Source: Ruminococcaceae bacterium UBA3903 | GTDB lineage: Bacteria; Bacillota; Clostridia; Oscillospirales; Acutalibacteraceae | NCBI GenBank assembly: GCA_002391625.1 | Contig: DGFJ01000007.1 | Location: forward strand, 5,900 to 69,899 | Length of the DNA: 64,000 bases | Direction of reading: 5' to 3' | Shown: piece by piece, positions 10,205 to 19,859 of the stretch | Layout of the letters: each line of letters begins with the position of its first letter | Numbering within the stretch: position 1 is the stretch's first letter | Notes under the pieces: generated by a model | What the model was told of the DNA's origin: nothing | Databases searched by the model: none | Seen by the model: only the letters and a program-made list of their open reading frames with translations | Made by a program: the position numbers and the translations under genes

Positions 10205-11872
10205 TTATTTATCTGCCGATAATAGCATTTCCTCGGCGTGTTTCATAGTTAATTCTGTTATAGATACTCCACCAATTATGCGTGCCAGCTCTTTAACACG
10301 CTGCCCATGGTTAAGGAATTGTACCTGTGTATAGGTTCTGCCATCAGCCACATTTTTCTTTATAAAATAGTGGCTGTCAGCCAACGCCGCTATTTGTGCT
10401 TGATGAGTTACACATATTACCTGTTTGCTTTTAGATAAGCTTTTTAGCTTTAAACCAACCTTTTCTGTAGCGCTACCGCTTATACCTGTGTCAACCTCGT
10501 CAAAGATAAGTGTATCAATGATATCGTTGTTTGACAACACATTTTTTATTGCCAGCATCATTCTGGACAGCTCACCGCCTGATGCTATTTTTGAAACCGG
10601 TTTTGGTGGTTCACCAGGGTTGGTTGAAATTAGAAATTCTATTTTATCACAGCCAACACCGTTTAACGGGCATCGTTCCTGTAAAACCTGTAAATTGACA
10701 TTTGGCATATCTAGGTAAACCATTTCTTTTTTTACTTTTTCTGTAAACTGTTGGCAGATGGCTTGTCTTTTTCTGGACAGTGCCTTTGCCTGTGCTTTGG
10801 CGGATTCTACAATTTTAGCATATTCTGCATTTAGCCTATCCAAATTAGCCTCATATTGTTCCAAGGCTTCCAATTCATCCTGACACTTTGCTAAATAATC
10901 TAACATTTCCTCCGCTGTGCTGCCATACTTCCGTGAAAGTCTATATATAGTGTCTAAACGCTGTTCTATTTCATCTATTCCAAATGAATCCATAGGAGAA
11001 TCGTCAATTAGAGAAGCTATTTCCTGTGAACAATCCTGCAATTCATAGAACACGTTATTAATACGCTCATTTATATTGTTAACTTCTGATATATAGTCGC
11101 TTATTTCCGAAAGACTGTCCACTGTATCCTCTAGCATAGAAATTACACCACTGGTATCTTCATCACCATTTAAGCTACTATGTGCAAGCTCTAAGGCATT
11201 GGATATTTTTTCTTTGTTAACATAAACATTCTTTTCTTCCGTTAGCTGTTCATATTCCCCTGCCTTTAAATCTGCTTCCTCCAGCTCATCTATTTGGTAT
11301 TTTAGCAAATCAATTTTACGCTCTCTGTCAGAGTCGTTGGAAACAGCATTATCCAGCTTATGTCTGCATTCCTTTAGGCTGTTGAATGTATCCTTATATT
11401 CATCTAACCCATTTTTTAGCTGACCTAGGCTGTCAATATAAGTTATATGCTTTTCTGGTGACATCAGCTGATAGCTTTCATGCTGACCATGAATATTAAT
11501 AAGCTCTGATGCTATTTCTTTTAGGACACTAAGCGTTACTGGTCTTCCGTTAATACGACAATTATTTTTGCCGTTTATGTTAAGCTGGCGTTGCAATATT
11601 AGCTCATCATCATCTAGATCATAGCCAAGCTCAGACAGCTTATCAATAACAGAAGCTGTTACATCTGTAAATGTACCGCTAACAAAGGCTTTTGTTTCAC
11701 CTGTCCTAATAATATCCTTGGACATTCGGTGTCCCAGCAAAGCGTTGATAGAATCTATCACAATAGATTTACCTGCACCTGTTTCACCCGTAAGAACGTT
11801 AAATCCACCGGTAAAATCAATATTTGTTTTTTCTATAACTGCTATGTTTTCAATATACAAAGAATTCAGCAT
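10205..11872 (-). CDS. recN: DNA repair protein RecN
   Basis: Walker A GETGAGKS, a long central coiled coil, the SGGELSR signature, and the Walker B motif LIFDEVD. Confidence 0.95.
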   Translation of the reverse strand: MLNSLYIENIAVIEKTNIDFTGGFNVLTGETGAGKSIVIDSINALLGHRMSKDIIRTGETKAFVSGTFTDVTASVIDKLSELGYDLDDDELILQRQLNINGKNNCRINGRPVTLSVLKEIASELINIHGQHESYQLMSPEKHITYIDSLGQLKNGLDEYKDTFNSLKECRHKLDNAVSNDSDRERKIDLLKYQIDELEEADLKAGEYEQLTEEKNVYVNKEKISNALELAHSSLNGDEDTSGVISMLEDTVDSLSEISDYISEVNNINERINNVFYELQDCSQEIASLIDDSPMDSFGIDEIEQRLDTIYRLSRKYGSTAEEMLDYLAKCQDELEALEQYEANLDRLNAEYAKIVESAKAQAKALSRKRQAICQQFTEKVKKEMVYLDMPNVNLQVLQERCPLNGVGCDKIEFLISTNPGEPPKPVSKIASGGELSRMMLAIKNVLSNNDIIDTLIFDEVDTGISGSATEKVGLKLKSLSKSKQVICVTHQAQIAALADSHYFIKKNVADGRTYTQVQFLNHGQRVKELARIIGGVSITELTMKHAEEMLLSADK

Positions 11873-11901
11873 AAATAATCGTTCCTTTTAGTAAGCTTCA
11901 T

Positions 11902-12348
11902 TTATATAATTTTCTTAAGCTCTGATGTTAATGTAACGGCCTTGTTACTGCTACGAGCCACAATAAAAATAGTATCATCACCAGCAATAGTACCTAATAC
12001 ACCATCCCACTCCATAGAATCCAACGCAGTACAAACTCCCTGTGCCATACCGCTAATGGTATGCAATACTATCATATTAGAGGCAAAATCCACGCTAAGT
12101 ACGGTGTTTTTAAAAATCGTATTGAAATTATTGCTAATATCTATGCTGTTTTTATTGCCTTGAGAGTACTTATATTTTCCATTGCCAGCTGGTATTTTTA
12201 TTAGCCTTAATTCCTTTATATCTCTGGAAACGGTAGCTTGTGTAACCTTAAAGCCACCTTCACGGAGAAATTCTAATAAATCCTCTTGGGTTTCAATATT
12301 GTTTACTGCTATTAGTTCAAGAATTTTAGCATGACGCTGTGGTTTCAT
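11902..12348 (-). CDS. argR: Arginine repressor
   Basis: A 148-aa protein with a winged-helix N-terminus (QATVSRDIKEL) and a C-terminal oligomerisation domain (GTIAGDDTIF). It has the conserved position upstream of recN. Confidence 0.9.
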   Translation of the reverse strand: MKPQRHAKILELIAVNNIETQEDLLEFLREGGFKVTQATVSRDIKELRLIKIPAGNGKYKYSQGNKNSIDISNNFNTIFKNTVLSVDFASNMIVLHTISGMAQGVCTALDSMEWDGVLGTIAGDDTIFIVARSSNKAVTLTSELKKII

Positions 12349-12363
12349 TACAAATCACCTTTC

Positions 12364-13221
12364 TTAAACCCCACGTTCGTTCAATTTATCATTTAATACA
12401 GTATAAAAGTTTTTTTCATCCATAGAAATTAAAGTTATAGAATTTTCATATTTTGAAACCTCTATAGTATCACCACATGACAGCGGTATAGAATCTTGTC
12501 CATCAACTGTTAAATAAGCTAATTCGTTTGTTCTGTCGGATACTTCCATTGCCAATTTAGAGTTATCGCCAAAAATAACAGAGCGTGAAAACAACGAATG
12601 CGGACAAATAGGTGTTAATAATATACATTGTAAATCTGGCTGAATAACGGGTCCACCCGCTGACAGGGAATATGCGGTTGAGCCTGTTGGTGTAGATAAT
12701 AAAACACCATCAGCACGATAATCACATATTTTTTTGCCATTCAATGAAACTGATAAATCTATCATTCGTGACAATGATCCTCTGGAGATAACAGCCTCAT
12801 TAACTGCAATAGTTTCCGTAGTAATATTTCTCTTTTTTACAACAATATCAAGCAGCATTCGCTGTTCAGTATAGTATTCACCTGTTAATAAATTGTCTAA
12901 TTTATCAAGCTCAAATGGCTCCATGGTAGCTACAAAGCCCACTCGGCCAAAGTTAATTCCCAATAATGGTTTGTTGTATATTGTTGCATGCTTAGCAGTA
13001 TGAATAATAGTACCGTCACCGCCAATAGTAATGATTATATCTGACGCTTTTGCCAATTCGTCACAGTCAGCCACCACCAAAATGCTTCTGTCACAAAATC
13101 TGTTAGACTGATTTTTTTCTATAACAGGAATTACACCCATAGACAAAACCTTGTCCACAACCTTGTAGGAATATGCTACTGCTTCTGCCTTGCTAGAATT
13201 GGTTACTATTCCAATTTTCAT
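12364..13221 (-). CDS. nadK: NAD kinase
   Basis: GGDGT motif. The start is set at the ATG (MKIGIV...) 9 nt after an AAAGGG RBS, not at the TTG at 13230. Confidence 0.9.
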   Translation of the reverse strand: MKIGIVTNSSKAEAVAYSYKVVDKVLSMGVIPVIEKNQSNRFCDRSILVVADCDELAKASDIIITIGGDGTIIHTAKHATIYNKPLLGINFGRVGFVATMEPFELDKLDNLLTGEYYTEQRMLLDIVVKKRNITTETIAVNEAVISRGSLSRMIDLSVSLNGKKICDYRADGVLLSTPTGSTAYSLSAGGPVIQPDLQCILLTPICPHSLFSRSVIFGDNSKLAMEVSDRTNELAYLTVDGQDSIPLSCGDTIEVSKYENSITLISMDEKNFYTVLNDKLNERGV

Positions 13222-13226
13222 ACTTA

Positions 13227-14072
13227 TCAACCCTTTTTATCCAATGTTTTATGGGAAATTTCAACAAGCTCTTTTGGCAATATATCAGTACATAGCCGTC
13301 CATTATCTGATTTTTGTATATATATTAAATATTCTATGTTACCCTCTGGTCCCTTTATAGGTGAAAAATCTAAACCCAGCACAGAAAAACCATTTTCAAT
13401 ACAAAAGCTACATATCATTTCAACAACATTGGTATGCACCTGTGGGTCACGTACAACACCTTTTTTTCCTACGTTTTCCCTGCCCGCTTCAAACTGTGGC
13501 TTTATTAAGCATACAGCAGTAGCATTTTCATTCATAAGTTTTCGTGCAGCCGGCAGCACCAGCTTTAAAGAAATAAATGAAACATCAACTGAAAAAAAAT
13601 CAATTAAATCGGGAACCTCTTTTGTAGTAATATATCTAACGTTGGTACGCTCCAGATTAACCACCTGCGGGTTAGTGCGTAGCTTCCAGTCAAGCTGTCC
13701 GTACCCAACATCAATAGAGTACACTTTTTTAGCACCATTTTGTAACATACAATCAGTAAAGCCACCGGTGGAAGCACCTATATCCATAGTAATTTTATCT
13801 GTTAAATTAATAGGAAAGGACTGCATCGCTTTTTCCAGCTTAAAACCGCCACGGCTGACATATTTGGGTGTACCGCCACGAACCTCTATTTTAGATGTAA
13901 CAGGATAAACAGTACCAGCTTTATCAGCCTTTTGGTTATCAATATATACTAACCCAGCCATTATTATAGCCTTAGCTTTTTCTCTGCTTTGGGTATATCC
14001 TAACTCAAATATCAGTGAATCCAGTCGTTTTTTTTCAACCTTTTCTGCCACTTTTTTACTCCTTAATTCCAT
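13227..14072 (-). CDS. tlyA: TlyA-family rRNA 2'-O-methyltransferase (hemolysin A-like)
   Basis: An S4-like N-terminus followed by an FtsJ-type SAM motif, DIGASTGGFTD. It has the conserved position between dxs and nadK. Confidence 0.85.
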   Translation of the reverse strand: MELRSKKVAEKVEKKRLDSLIFELGYTQSREKAKAIIMAGLVYIDNQKADKAGTVYPVTSKIEVRGGTPKYVSRGGFKLEKAMQSFPINLTDKITMDIGASTGGFTDCMLQNGAKKVYSIDVGYGQLDWKLRTNPQVVNLERTNVRYITTKEVPDLIDFFSVDVSFISLKLVLPAARKLMNENATAVCLIKPQFEAGRENVGKKGVVRDPQVHTNVVEMICSFCIENGFSVLGLDFSPIKGPEGNIEYLIYIQKSDNGRLCTDILPKELVEISHKTLDKKG

Positions 14073-15918
14073 TAATTACATTTACTATGCCATCACAATC
14101 TAGGCTTAGCCTTTTTAAGCTGGACTGTACAGGCGCTTGCTTTATATACTTATCATCAATAGCTGTCAACGTAAATTCACAGTTATAGTTATAACGTGAC
14201 AATTCATAATCGAAATGCTCACCTACTCCACCTGTGGCCATACCTTCCTCAAAAAAGAAAATCCTGGAATAATTTTGTGCAAACAATATTGCCTCTTTTG
14301 GTATAGGCTTAATTCTATTTAGCTTTAAAATGCATACGGATTTTCCTTGTTCAGCTAACCGATCTAACGCTATACAGCAGTTTGAAAAGATTCTGCCATA
14401 GGTTATTATCAAAATGTCACTGCTTTGGTCGCCATAAATATCATAGGTCTTTTTAGAACTGTGAAAGTCCTTTGGTCGGTAGCTTTGACTGCCACGTGGA
14501 TATCTGATTACTATTACTTCGTTATTGGTATATGCAGAAACCTGCATTTCACGTTCCAGCTCATCAAAATAACAGGGGCTGTATATTATTACGTTTGGTA
14601 CAGGGTTAAGCAGCGATACATCGAAAACGCCCTGATGGGTTTCGCCATCTTCTCCAACAATACCCGCTCTGTCAACGGCTATAATTACATGTAGCTTTTG
14701 GAGTGCTAAATCATGAATAATCTGGTCAATACTGCGTTGTAAAAAAGTAGAGTAAACAGCAAACACAGGCAATACACCCTCGGCGGCTAAACCACCTGCA
14801 AAGGTTACAGCATGAGCTTCTGCTATGCCTACGTCGAAAAATCTATCCTTATATTCGCTTGCAAATTCTGTTAAGCCAGTACCAGCAGCCATGGCCGCTG
14901 TTATAGCACATATACGCTTATCATCTTTTGCCATTTCACATAGCTTTTTGCCAAACACTGCGGAAAAACCCACTTTAGAACAATTTGGTTCTCCAGTTTC
15001 TATGTCAAAGGCAGAAATACCATGAAAACCCTTTGGGTCATTTTCTGCAAAGGAATAGCCCTTACCCTTAACGGTAACTGCATGAACCAAAACTGGACCT
15101 GAAACGTGCTTAGCAGCGTTTAGTGTATTGATTAATTGATGTAAATCATGACCGTCCACAGGACCATAGTATGCGAAACCCATATCGTCAAACAAAGTGC
15201 TTTTATACACCATATTTCGTAAGGTGGATTTTGAATGACGAATAATCTTTCTTATGGGATTACCAAGTATAGGTGTATGTGACAAGCCCTTCTCAACTCG
15301 TGATTTTGCCTTTAAGTATTTAGGATTAATTCGCATACCCTTTAAATACTTTGCAACTGCACCAACATTACGTGATATAGACATATGGTTGTCATTAAGC
15401 ACCACTATGAAATTCTTTTTAGAACGACCTGCATTGTTTAGTCCCTCATATGCTAAGCCACCTGTTAAGGCACCGTCGCCAATTACCGCTACAGTACTAC
15501 CGTCTATATCCAAAAGCTCTTTTCCTCTGGCAATGCCATAGGCGGCAGAAATAGATGTACTGCTGTGACCAACGTTAAACGCATCATAGGGGCTTTCCTC
15601 CCTTTTAGGAAAGCCTGATATACCACCCTCGGTACGGATAGTGTCTATACTATCAAATCTGCCAGTTAGCATTTTGTGTGTATAGCATTGATGTCCTACA
15701 TCAAAAACTATGGAATCGTCAGTACCATTGAAAACCCTATGAAGTGCAACAGTTAATTCAACCGTACCTAAATTTGATGACAAGTGTCCACCGTTTTGTG
15801 AAACGGTTTCAATCATCTGTTCCCTGATTTCTTCACACAGAATATTAAGCTGTTCCAGTGACAAGGACTGTAGGTCATTGGGGGATTTTATTTTTTTTAA
15901 ATATTTAAAATCTGCCAT
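14056..15918 (-). CDS. dxs: 1-deoxy-D-xylulose-5-phosphate synthase
   Basis: A 620-aa protein with a TPP-binding motif (GDGALTGGLAYEGLNNAG) and DXS-type N-terminal motifs (GGHLSSNLG, VGHQCY). Confidence 0.95.
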   Translation of the reverse strand: MADFKYLKKIKSPNDLQSLSLEQLNILCEEIREQMIETVSQNGGHLSSNLGTVELTVALHRVFNGTDDSIVFDVGHQCYTHKMLTGRFDSIDTIRTEGGISGFPKREESPYDAFNVGHSSTSISAAYGIARGKELLDIDGSTVAVIGDGALTGGLAYEGLNNAGRSKKNFIVVLNDNHMSISRNVGAVAKYLKGMRINPKYLKAKSRVEKGLSHTPILGNPIRKIIRHSKSTLRNMVYKSTLFDDMGFAYYGPVDGHDLHQLINTLNAAKHVSGPVLVHAVTVKGKGYSFAENDPKGFHGISAFDIETGEPNCSKVGFSAVFGKKLCEMAKDDKRICAITAAMAAGTGLTEFASEYKDRFFDVGIAEAHAVTFAGGLAAEGVLPVFAVYSTFLQRSIDQIIHDLALQKLHVIIAVDRAGIVGEDGETHQGVFDVSLLNPVPNVIIYSPCYFDELEREMQVSAYTNNEVIVIRYPRGSQSYRPKDFHSSKKTYDIYGDQSSDILIITYGRIFSNCCIALDRLAEQGKSVCILKLNRIKPIPKEAILFAQNYSRIFFFEEGMATGGVGEHFDYELSRYNYNCEFTLTAIDDKYIKQAPVQSSLKRLSLDCDGIVNVINGIKE

Positions 15919-15950
15919 AGGACATCGTTCCTTTCGGCTGATACAATAAA

Positions 15951-16823
15951 TTAGTAATCTCTGCTTGCTAGTTTCAGCGCTAGGTCTTTTAAGCCTGTAA
16001 TATCACCTGAAAAATTCTCCAACGATTTTATAGCTTTGTCTGTTAGCTCATCTATTAAAAGCTTACATTTTTCCAAGCCTAGCAAAGAAACATAGGTGGA
16101 TTTGTTGTTACCAGCATCACTTCCCGTTGGCTTTCCAAGCTTTTTCTCATCAGCTACAACATCTAAAATATCGTCCATAATTTGAAATGCGATGCCTATT
16201 GACTCGCCAAAATCTCTGGCAGCTTGTACCTGCCTATGGGTAGCGCCGCCTATTATGCAGCCCATTTCACAAGCAGCCTTTATCAGTCCACTGGTTTTTT
16301 TGCTATCCATCTCTCTTAAAACATCTATATTAGCAGTTTTATCCTCATATGTTAGGTCTATCACCTGACCGCCCACCATGCCGACAGCACCACAATATTT
16401 TGCCAGTACGGCTACAGCCTTTGTAGCTCTATATGCATTTTCCTCTGTGGCAGAGGATGACATTATTTCAAACGCTAATGCCTGTAGAGCATCACCAGCT
16501 AGTAATGCTGTATCTTCACCATACACAATATGATTTGCTTTCCTACCACGTCTATAGTCATCATCATCCATACACGGTAAATCATCATGTATTAGAGAAT
16601 ATGTGTGTATCATTTCTACTCCACAGGCAAATGGCATAGCTTGATTAAGGTCACCACCACACAAATGCGAAAACTCTAATACTAAACAGGGCCTTATTCT
16701 TTTACCTCCAGCCATCAAGCTGTACTCCATTGATTCTATCAGTTTTTTTTCTATACAATCCTTTGATGGTAAATACTCTATTAAAGCTTCTTCAATCTTG
16801 CTAATCATATTCATAATATACAT
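15951..16823 (-). CDS. ispA: Polyprenyl (farnesyl) diphosphate synthase
   Basis: The two Asp-rich motifs DDLPCMDDDDYRRG and FQIMDDILD. The true start may be the ATG 9 nt downstream, at 16814. Confidence 0.9.
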   Translation of the reverse strand: MYIMNMISKIEEALIEYLPSKDCIEKKLIESMEYSLMAGGKRIRPCLVLEFSHLCGGDLNQAMPFACGVEMIHTYSLIHDDLPCMDDDDYRRGRKANHIVYGEDTALLAGDALQALAFEIMSSSATEENAYRATKAVAVLAKYCGAVGMVGGQVIDLTYEDKTANIDVLREMDSKKTSGLIKAACEMGCIIGGATHRQVQAARDFGESIGIAFQIMDDILDVVADEKKLGKPTGSDAGNNKSTYVSLLGLEKCKLLIDELTDKAIKSLENFSGDITGLKDLALKLASRDY

Positions 16824-16839
16824 TTTCCTTTTATCCGTG

Positions 16840-17037
16840 TTATTGTTCTTCCTTGGCGGTTAATACCGTTACCTTTTGCTCTGCATTTTTTAAGATTTTA
16901 TAACAATATGCAGATAGCTTAGTACCTTCTTCAAATAGCTTTAAAGCTTCCTCTAACGGTAAATCACCGTTTTCTAGGGTTACAACGATTTCTTCTAAAC
17001 GTGCAGACGCTTCTTCATACGATTTTGATTTCGCCAT
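16840..17037 (-). CDS. xseB: Exodeoxyribonuclease VII small subunit
   Basis: The MAKSKSYEEASARLEEIV... helical protein lies directly after xseA. The start is set at the ATG with proper spacing to the AAAGGA RBS. Confidence 0.85.
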   Translation of the reverse strand: MAKSKSYEEASARLEEIVVTLENGDLPLEEALKLFEEGTKLSAYCYKILKNAEQKVTVLTAKEEQ

Positions 17038-17042
17038 ATATA

Positions 17043-18248
17043 TCATTCCTTTATTTGATTTATTACGCAATCCAGCTTTCCCTTGCTTAATGTTATTTCT
17101 AAGTTATCGCCAACAGAAACATCATATATTGTTTTTACGGGCTTATCCTTAATCATGGGTATAGCGTAGCCTCTAGACAAAATATTAAGGGGACTAAGCA
17201 CATTGAGCTTAGCCGACAAAGCAGACAAAGCAAGCTGGTGTTCATGTAGCTGGTGTTGAAAAGAATTTCCAAGTCTATTAGACATATTATCAATGGTTAT
17301 GCCTAAATTTTGGATAAATCCTAAATCTGAAGACAATACCCTGCTGGTTGATAAGGCTTTTATCCTATTTTGTTCTGACGATATTTTGTTTTTTATCAAA
17401 TACCCTAGGGTAAAGCTTATATTATTTAAATCATCAAACAGCTTTAGCATATCTGGCACAGCCAATTCAGCTGCCGCTGATGGTGTGGGTGCCCTCATGT
17501 CAGCTGCAAAGTCACATATTGTAAAATCAGTTTCGTGTCCTACCCCTGATATTACAGGAATATGAGAGTTAGCCACGGTTCTGGCTAAGCTTTCATCATT
17601 AAAAGCCCATAAGTCCTCTATAGAGCCACCTCCACGACCAATAATAATAACATCAACATTATTGTTATTATTAAAATAATTCATTGCATTTATAAGCTCT
17701 GGTACAGCCTTATCACCTTGAACAGTGGCAGGATAAAGCAGTACATTGGTCAAGGGGCATCGCCTAGCTAAAATCTGTTCTATATCACGCCTAGCAGCAC
17801 CTGTTGATGATGTAATAACACCTATATTTTTAGGTAGCTGTGGCAATGGCTGTTTTTTACTGCTATCAAACAGCCCCTCGCTTTCAAGCTTAGCCTTTAT
17901 CTGTTCATATGCCACAGTTAGGTCGCCTATACCATCGGGCTGCATTTGTTCAATGTAAAATTGATACTGTCCAGTTGCTTCATATACAGATACACGACCG
18001 CTTGCTATTATTTTCATTCCATTTTCAGGTTTAAAACGTAAACGTAAGGCATTACCTGCAAACATTACACATTTTATTACAGCTTTATCATCCTTTAAAG
18101 ATAAATAAATATGTCCAGAGCGGTAATGGTCTATTAAATTGGAAATCTCACCTGACAGGAATATGTGATTTAAAACCTCGTCATCATCCATTAGAGATTT
18201 TACATAAAAATTAAGCTGTGAAATTGTTACAATGCTCAAAGCTACCAC
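17043..18248 (-). CDS. xseA: Exodeoxyribonuclease VII large subunit
   Basis: A 401-aa protein with an OB-fold N-terminus, the catalytic region GRGGGSIEDLWAFN, and a C-terminal coiled coil. It uses a GTG start. Confidence 0.9.
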   Translation of the reverse strand: MVALSIVTISQLNFYVKSLMDDDEVLNHIFLSGEISNLIDHYRSGHIYLSLKDDKAVIKCVMFAGNALRLRFKPENGMKIIASGRVSVYEATGQYQFYIEQMQPDGIGDLTVAYEQIKAKLESEGLFDSSKKQPLPQLPKNIGVITSSTGAARRDIEQILARRCPLTNVLLYPATVQGDKAVPELINAMNYFNNNNNVDVIIIGRGGGSIEDLWAFNDESLARTVANSHIPVISGVGHETDFTICDFAADMRAPTPSAAAELAVPDMLKLFDDLNNISFTLGYLIKNKISSEQNRIKALSTSRVLSSDLGFIQNLGITIDNMSNRLGNSFQHQLHEHQLALSALSAKLNVLSPLNILSRGYAIPMIKDKPVKTIYDVSVGDNLEITLSKGKLDCVINQIKE

Positions 18249-18290
18249 CCTGCCGTCCCCCCTTGCAACACCTAAAATTATATTAGGCTT

Positions 18291-19220
18291 TTAGTTACCA
18301 TCTTTAATAGCTGTCAAAACAGATATTCCACCTGCATTGTCAGATGAAAATTCTGGTTGTGAAAAAATTGCACCAAGCTTTTCTGTAAAAGAATTTCTAA
18401 TAATAGAGTTTGACATTACCCCACCAGAAAACAAAACAGGCATACTGCCATGCTCTACAATAATTCTTTTATACATATCCATCAGGGTTTGCTCAATGTA
18501 TGCCAAAGCATATGCCGCCGTCTTTTCAGGGCTGTTGCTTTCGTTAAAAATTTTTTCACATTTATTTTCCACACCGGAAAGGCAACAATTTGTACCTTTT
18601 AGTGTTGATTTTACTTTTAGTTTTTCATTATAGCGTAACGCTAGCTTTTCCAGCTCAGTACCACAGGGAAATCCCAATCCAAGCATTACACCTACCCTGT
18701 CCACTATTTGACCAGCATTTAAATCCAGCGTCACCCCTACGGGGGTAGCTGTAATAATATTATTTTTATCTGGTTTAACAATTAACGCTTCAGTTGTACC
18801 ACCTGAAACATGAAAAGCAAGAAAGGTTTTTGAAAGCAGTTCTAGCTTTTCAGCGGAATACAAGGCAGCAACAATATGTCCCTGTTGATGGGAAAACTCG
18901 TACAAGGGTACACCTAGCACCGTTGCCAGGATATGTGCGTTCGTGCTACCTACCGTGAAGCAAGGCATATATGAGCCTTCTATGCTTCGAGGTCTAGTTG
19001 ATACGCCAACAGCATTAATATCACCTGTGTATACAGAAAACAACTCATCTATCAAAGCAGACAGCTGCTGCGTATGCAAAAACACAGCATCGCTCTGTCG
19101 TAAACCGACTGTGCCATGTTTAACAGGCAGCAGCTTTTTCTTTTGTAAAACTGTGCTGTTACTGTAAACTGCCACAGATGTTGTATAGTTGCTGGTATCC
19201 AGACCTAAATATCCATTCAT
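18291..19220 (-). CDS. Kae1/TsaD-like (peptidase M22 / ASKHA-fold) paralogue of unknown role
   Basis: GLDTSNYTTSVAV resembles the N-terminal phosphate loop. HQQGH matches the HxxGH metal motif, and SGGVMSN matches the TsaD GGVAAN region. At 309 aa it is shorter than canonical TsaD. Confidence 0.6.
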   Translation of the reverse strand: MNGYLGLDTSNYTTSVAVYSNSTVLQKKKLLPVKHGTVGLRQSDAVFLHTQQLSALIDELFSVYTGDINAVGVSTRPRSIEGSYMPCFTVGSTNAHILATVLGVPLYEFSHQQGHIVAALYSAEKLELLSKTFLAFHVSGGTTEALIVKPDKNNIITATPVGVTLDLNAGQIVDRVGVMLGLGFPCGTELEKLALRYNEKLKVKSTLKGTNCCLSGVENKCEKIFNESNSPEKTAAYALAYIEQTLMDMYKRIIVEHGSMPVLFSGGVMSNSIIRNSFTEKLGAIFSQPEFSSDNAGGISVLTAIKDGN

Positions 19221-19651
19221 ACCGTTTCGTCCATATGCTCTTTAGCAATAGTACCTAACACACCATTAATAAAGGAGGCATCCTCTGCCGTTGAATATTT
19301 TTTGGCTAAAACAACCGCTTCGTTTATGGCAACGCCCACTGGATTGTCAGCCTTTGTAATATCTTCAACATACAGCATTTCACAAATTGCCAGCTGTAAG
19401 AGGCTTAAGCTAACCTTTGACATTCTTGAAATTTTCCATCCGTTGGAATTTTTCTCTATCATCCCGTTGATAGTGTCCTCGTTGATTGTTAGGTTATTAA
19501 TAAGCTGCAATGTAAAATCATCTATCTGAAAGTCCCTGCTCTCCTCTGCTTTCAAGCAAAGCTCCTCAGTAGTATCATTATTAAACTGACGCTCAAAAGC
19601 CAAAATAAAAGCTTGTTCCCTTGCTTGTCTACGTGAAAGTTCCATTTTCAT
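19217..19651 (-). CDS. nusB: Transcription antitermination factor NusB
   Basis: RRQAREQAFILAFE is a NusB N-terminal signature. The start is set at MKMEL, 7 nt after the AAAGGATGGG RBS, and the longer ORF from 19714 is rejected. Confidence 0.9.
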   Translation of the reverse strand: MKMELSRRQAREQAFILAFERQFNNDTTEELCLKAEESRDFQIDDFTLQLINNLTINEDTINGMIEKNSNGWKISRMSKVSLSLLQLAICEMLYVEDITKADNPVGVAINEAVVLAKKYSTAEDASFINGVLGTIAKEHMDETV

Positions 19652-19859
19652 TGGTACCCATCCTTTATATTTATGATGTTTAGGTGCTAATCTTATCTGA
19701 TTATTATACCACAATTCTGCATATAATCAAGAAAAACAGGTGGTAATATACAATTTTGTCTATTAATTATCCAACACATATTTTTCTTTATAGCTAAAAT
19801 ATTGTGTTTGCTTATCTAAAATGTTATAATCATCATATTAAATTTATGGGGTGTAACCA

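Noticed and set aside
13336-13908. 190-aa plus-strand ORF antisense to tlyA
   Set aside because: It lies entirely within tlyA on the opposite strand, and I recognised no motif or RBS.
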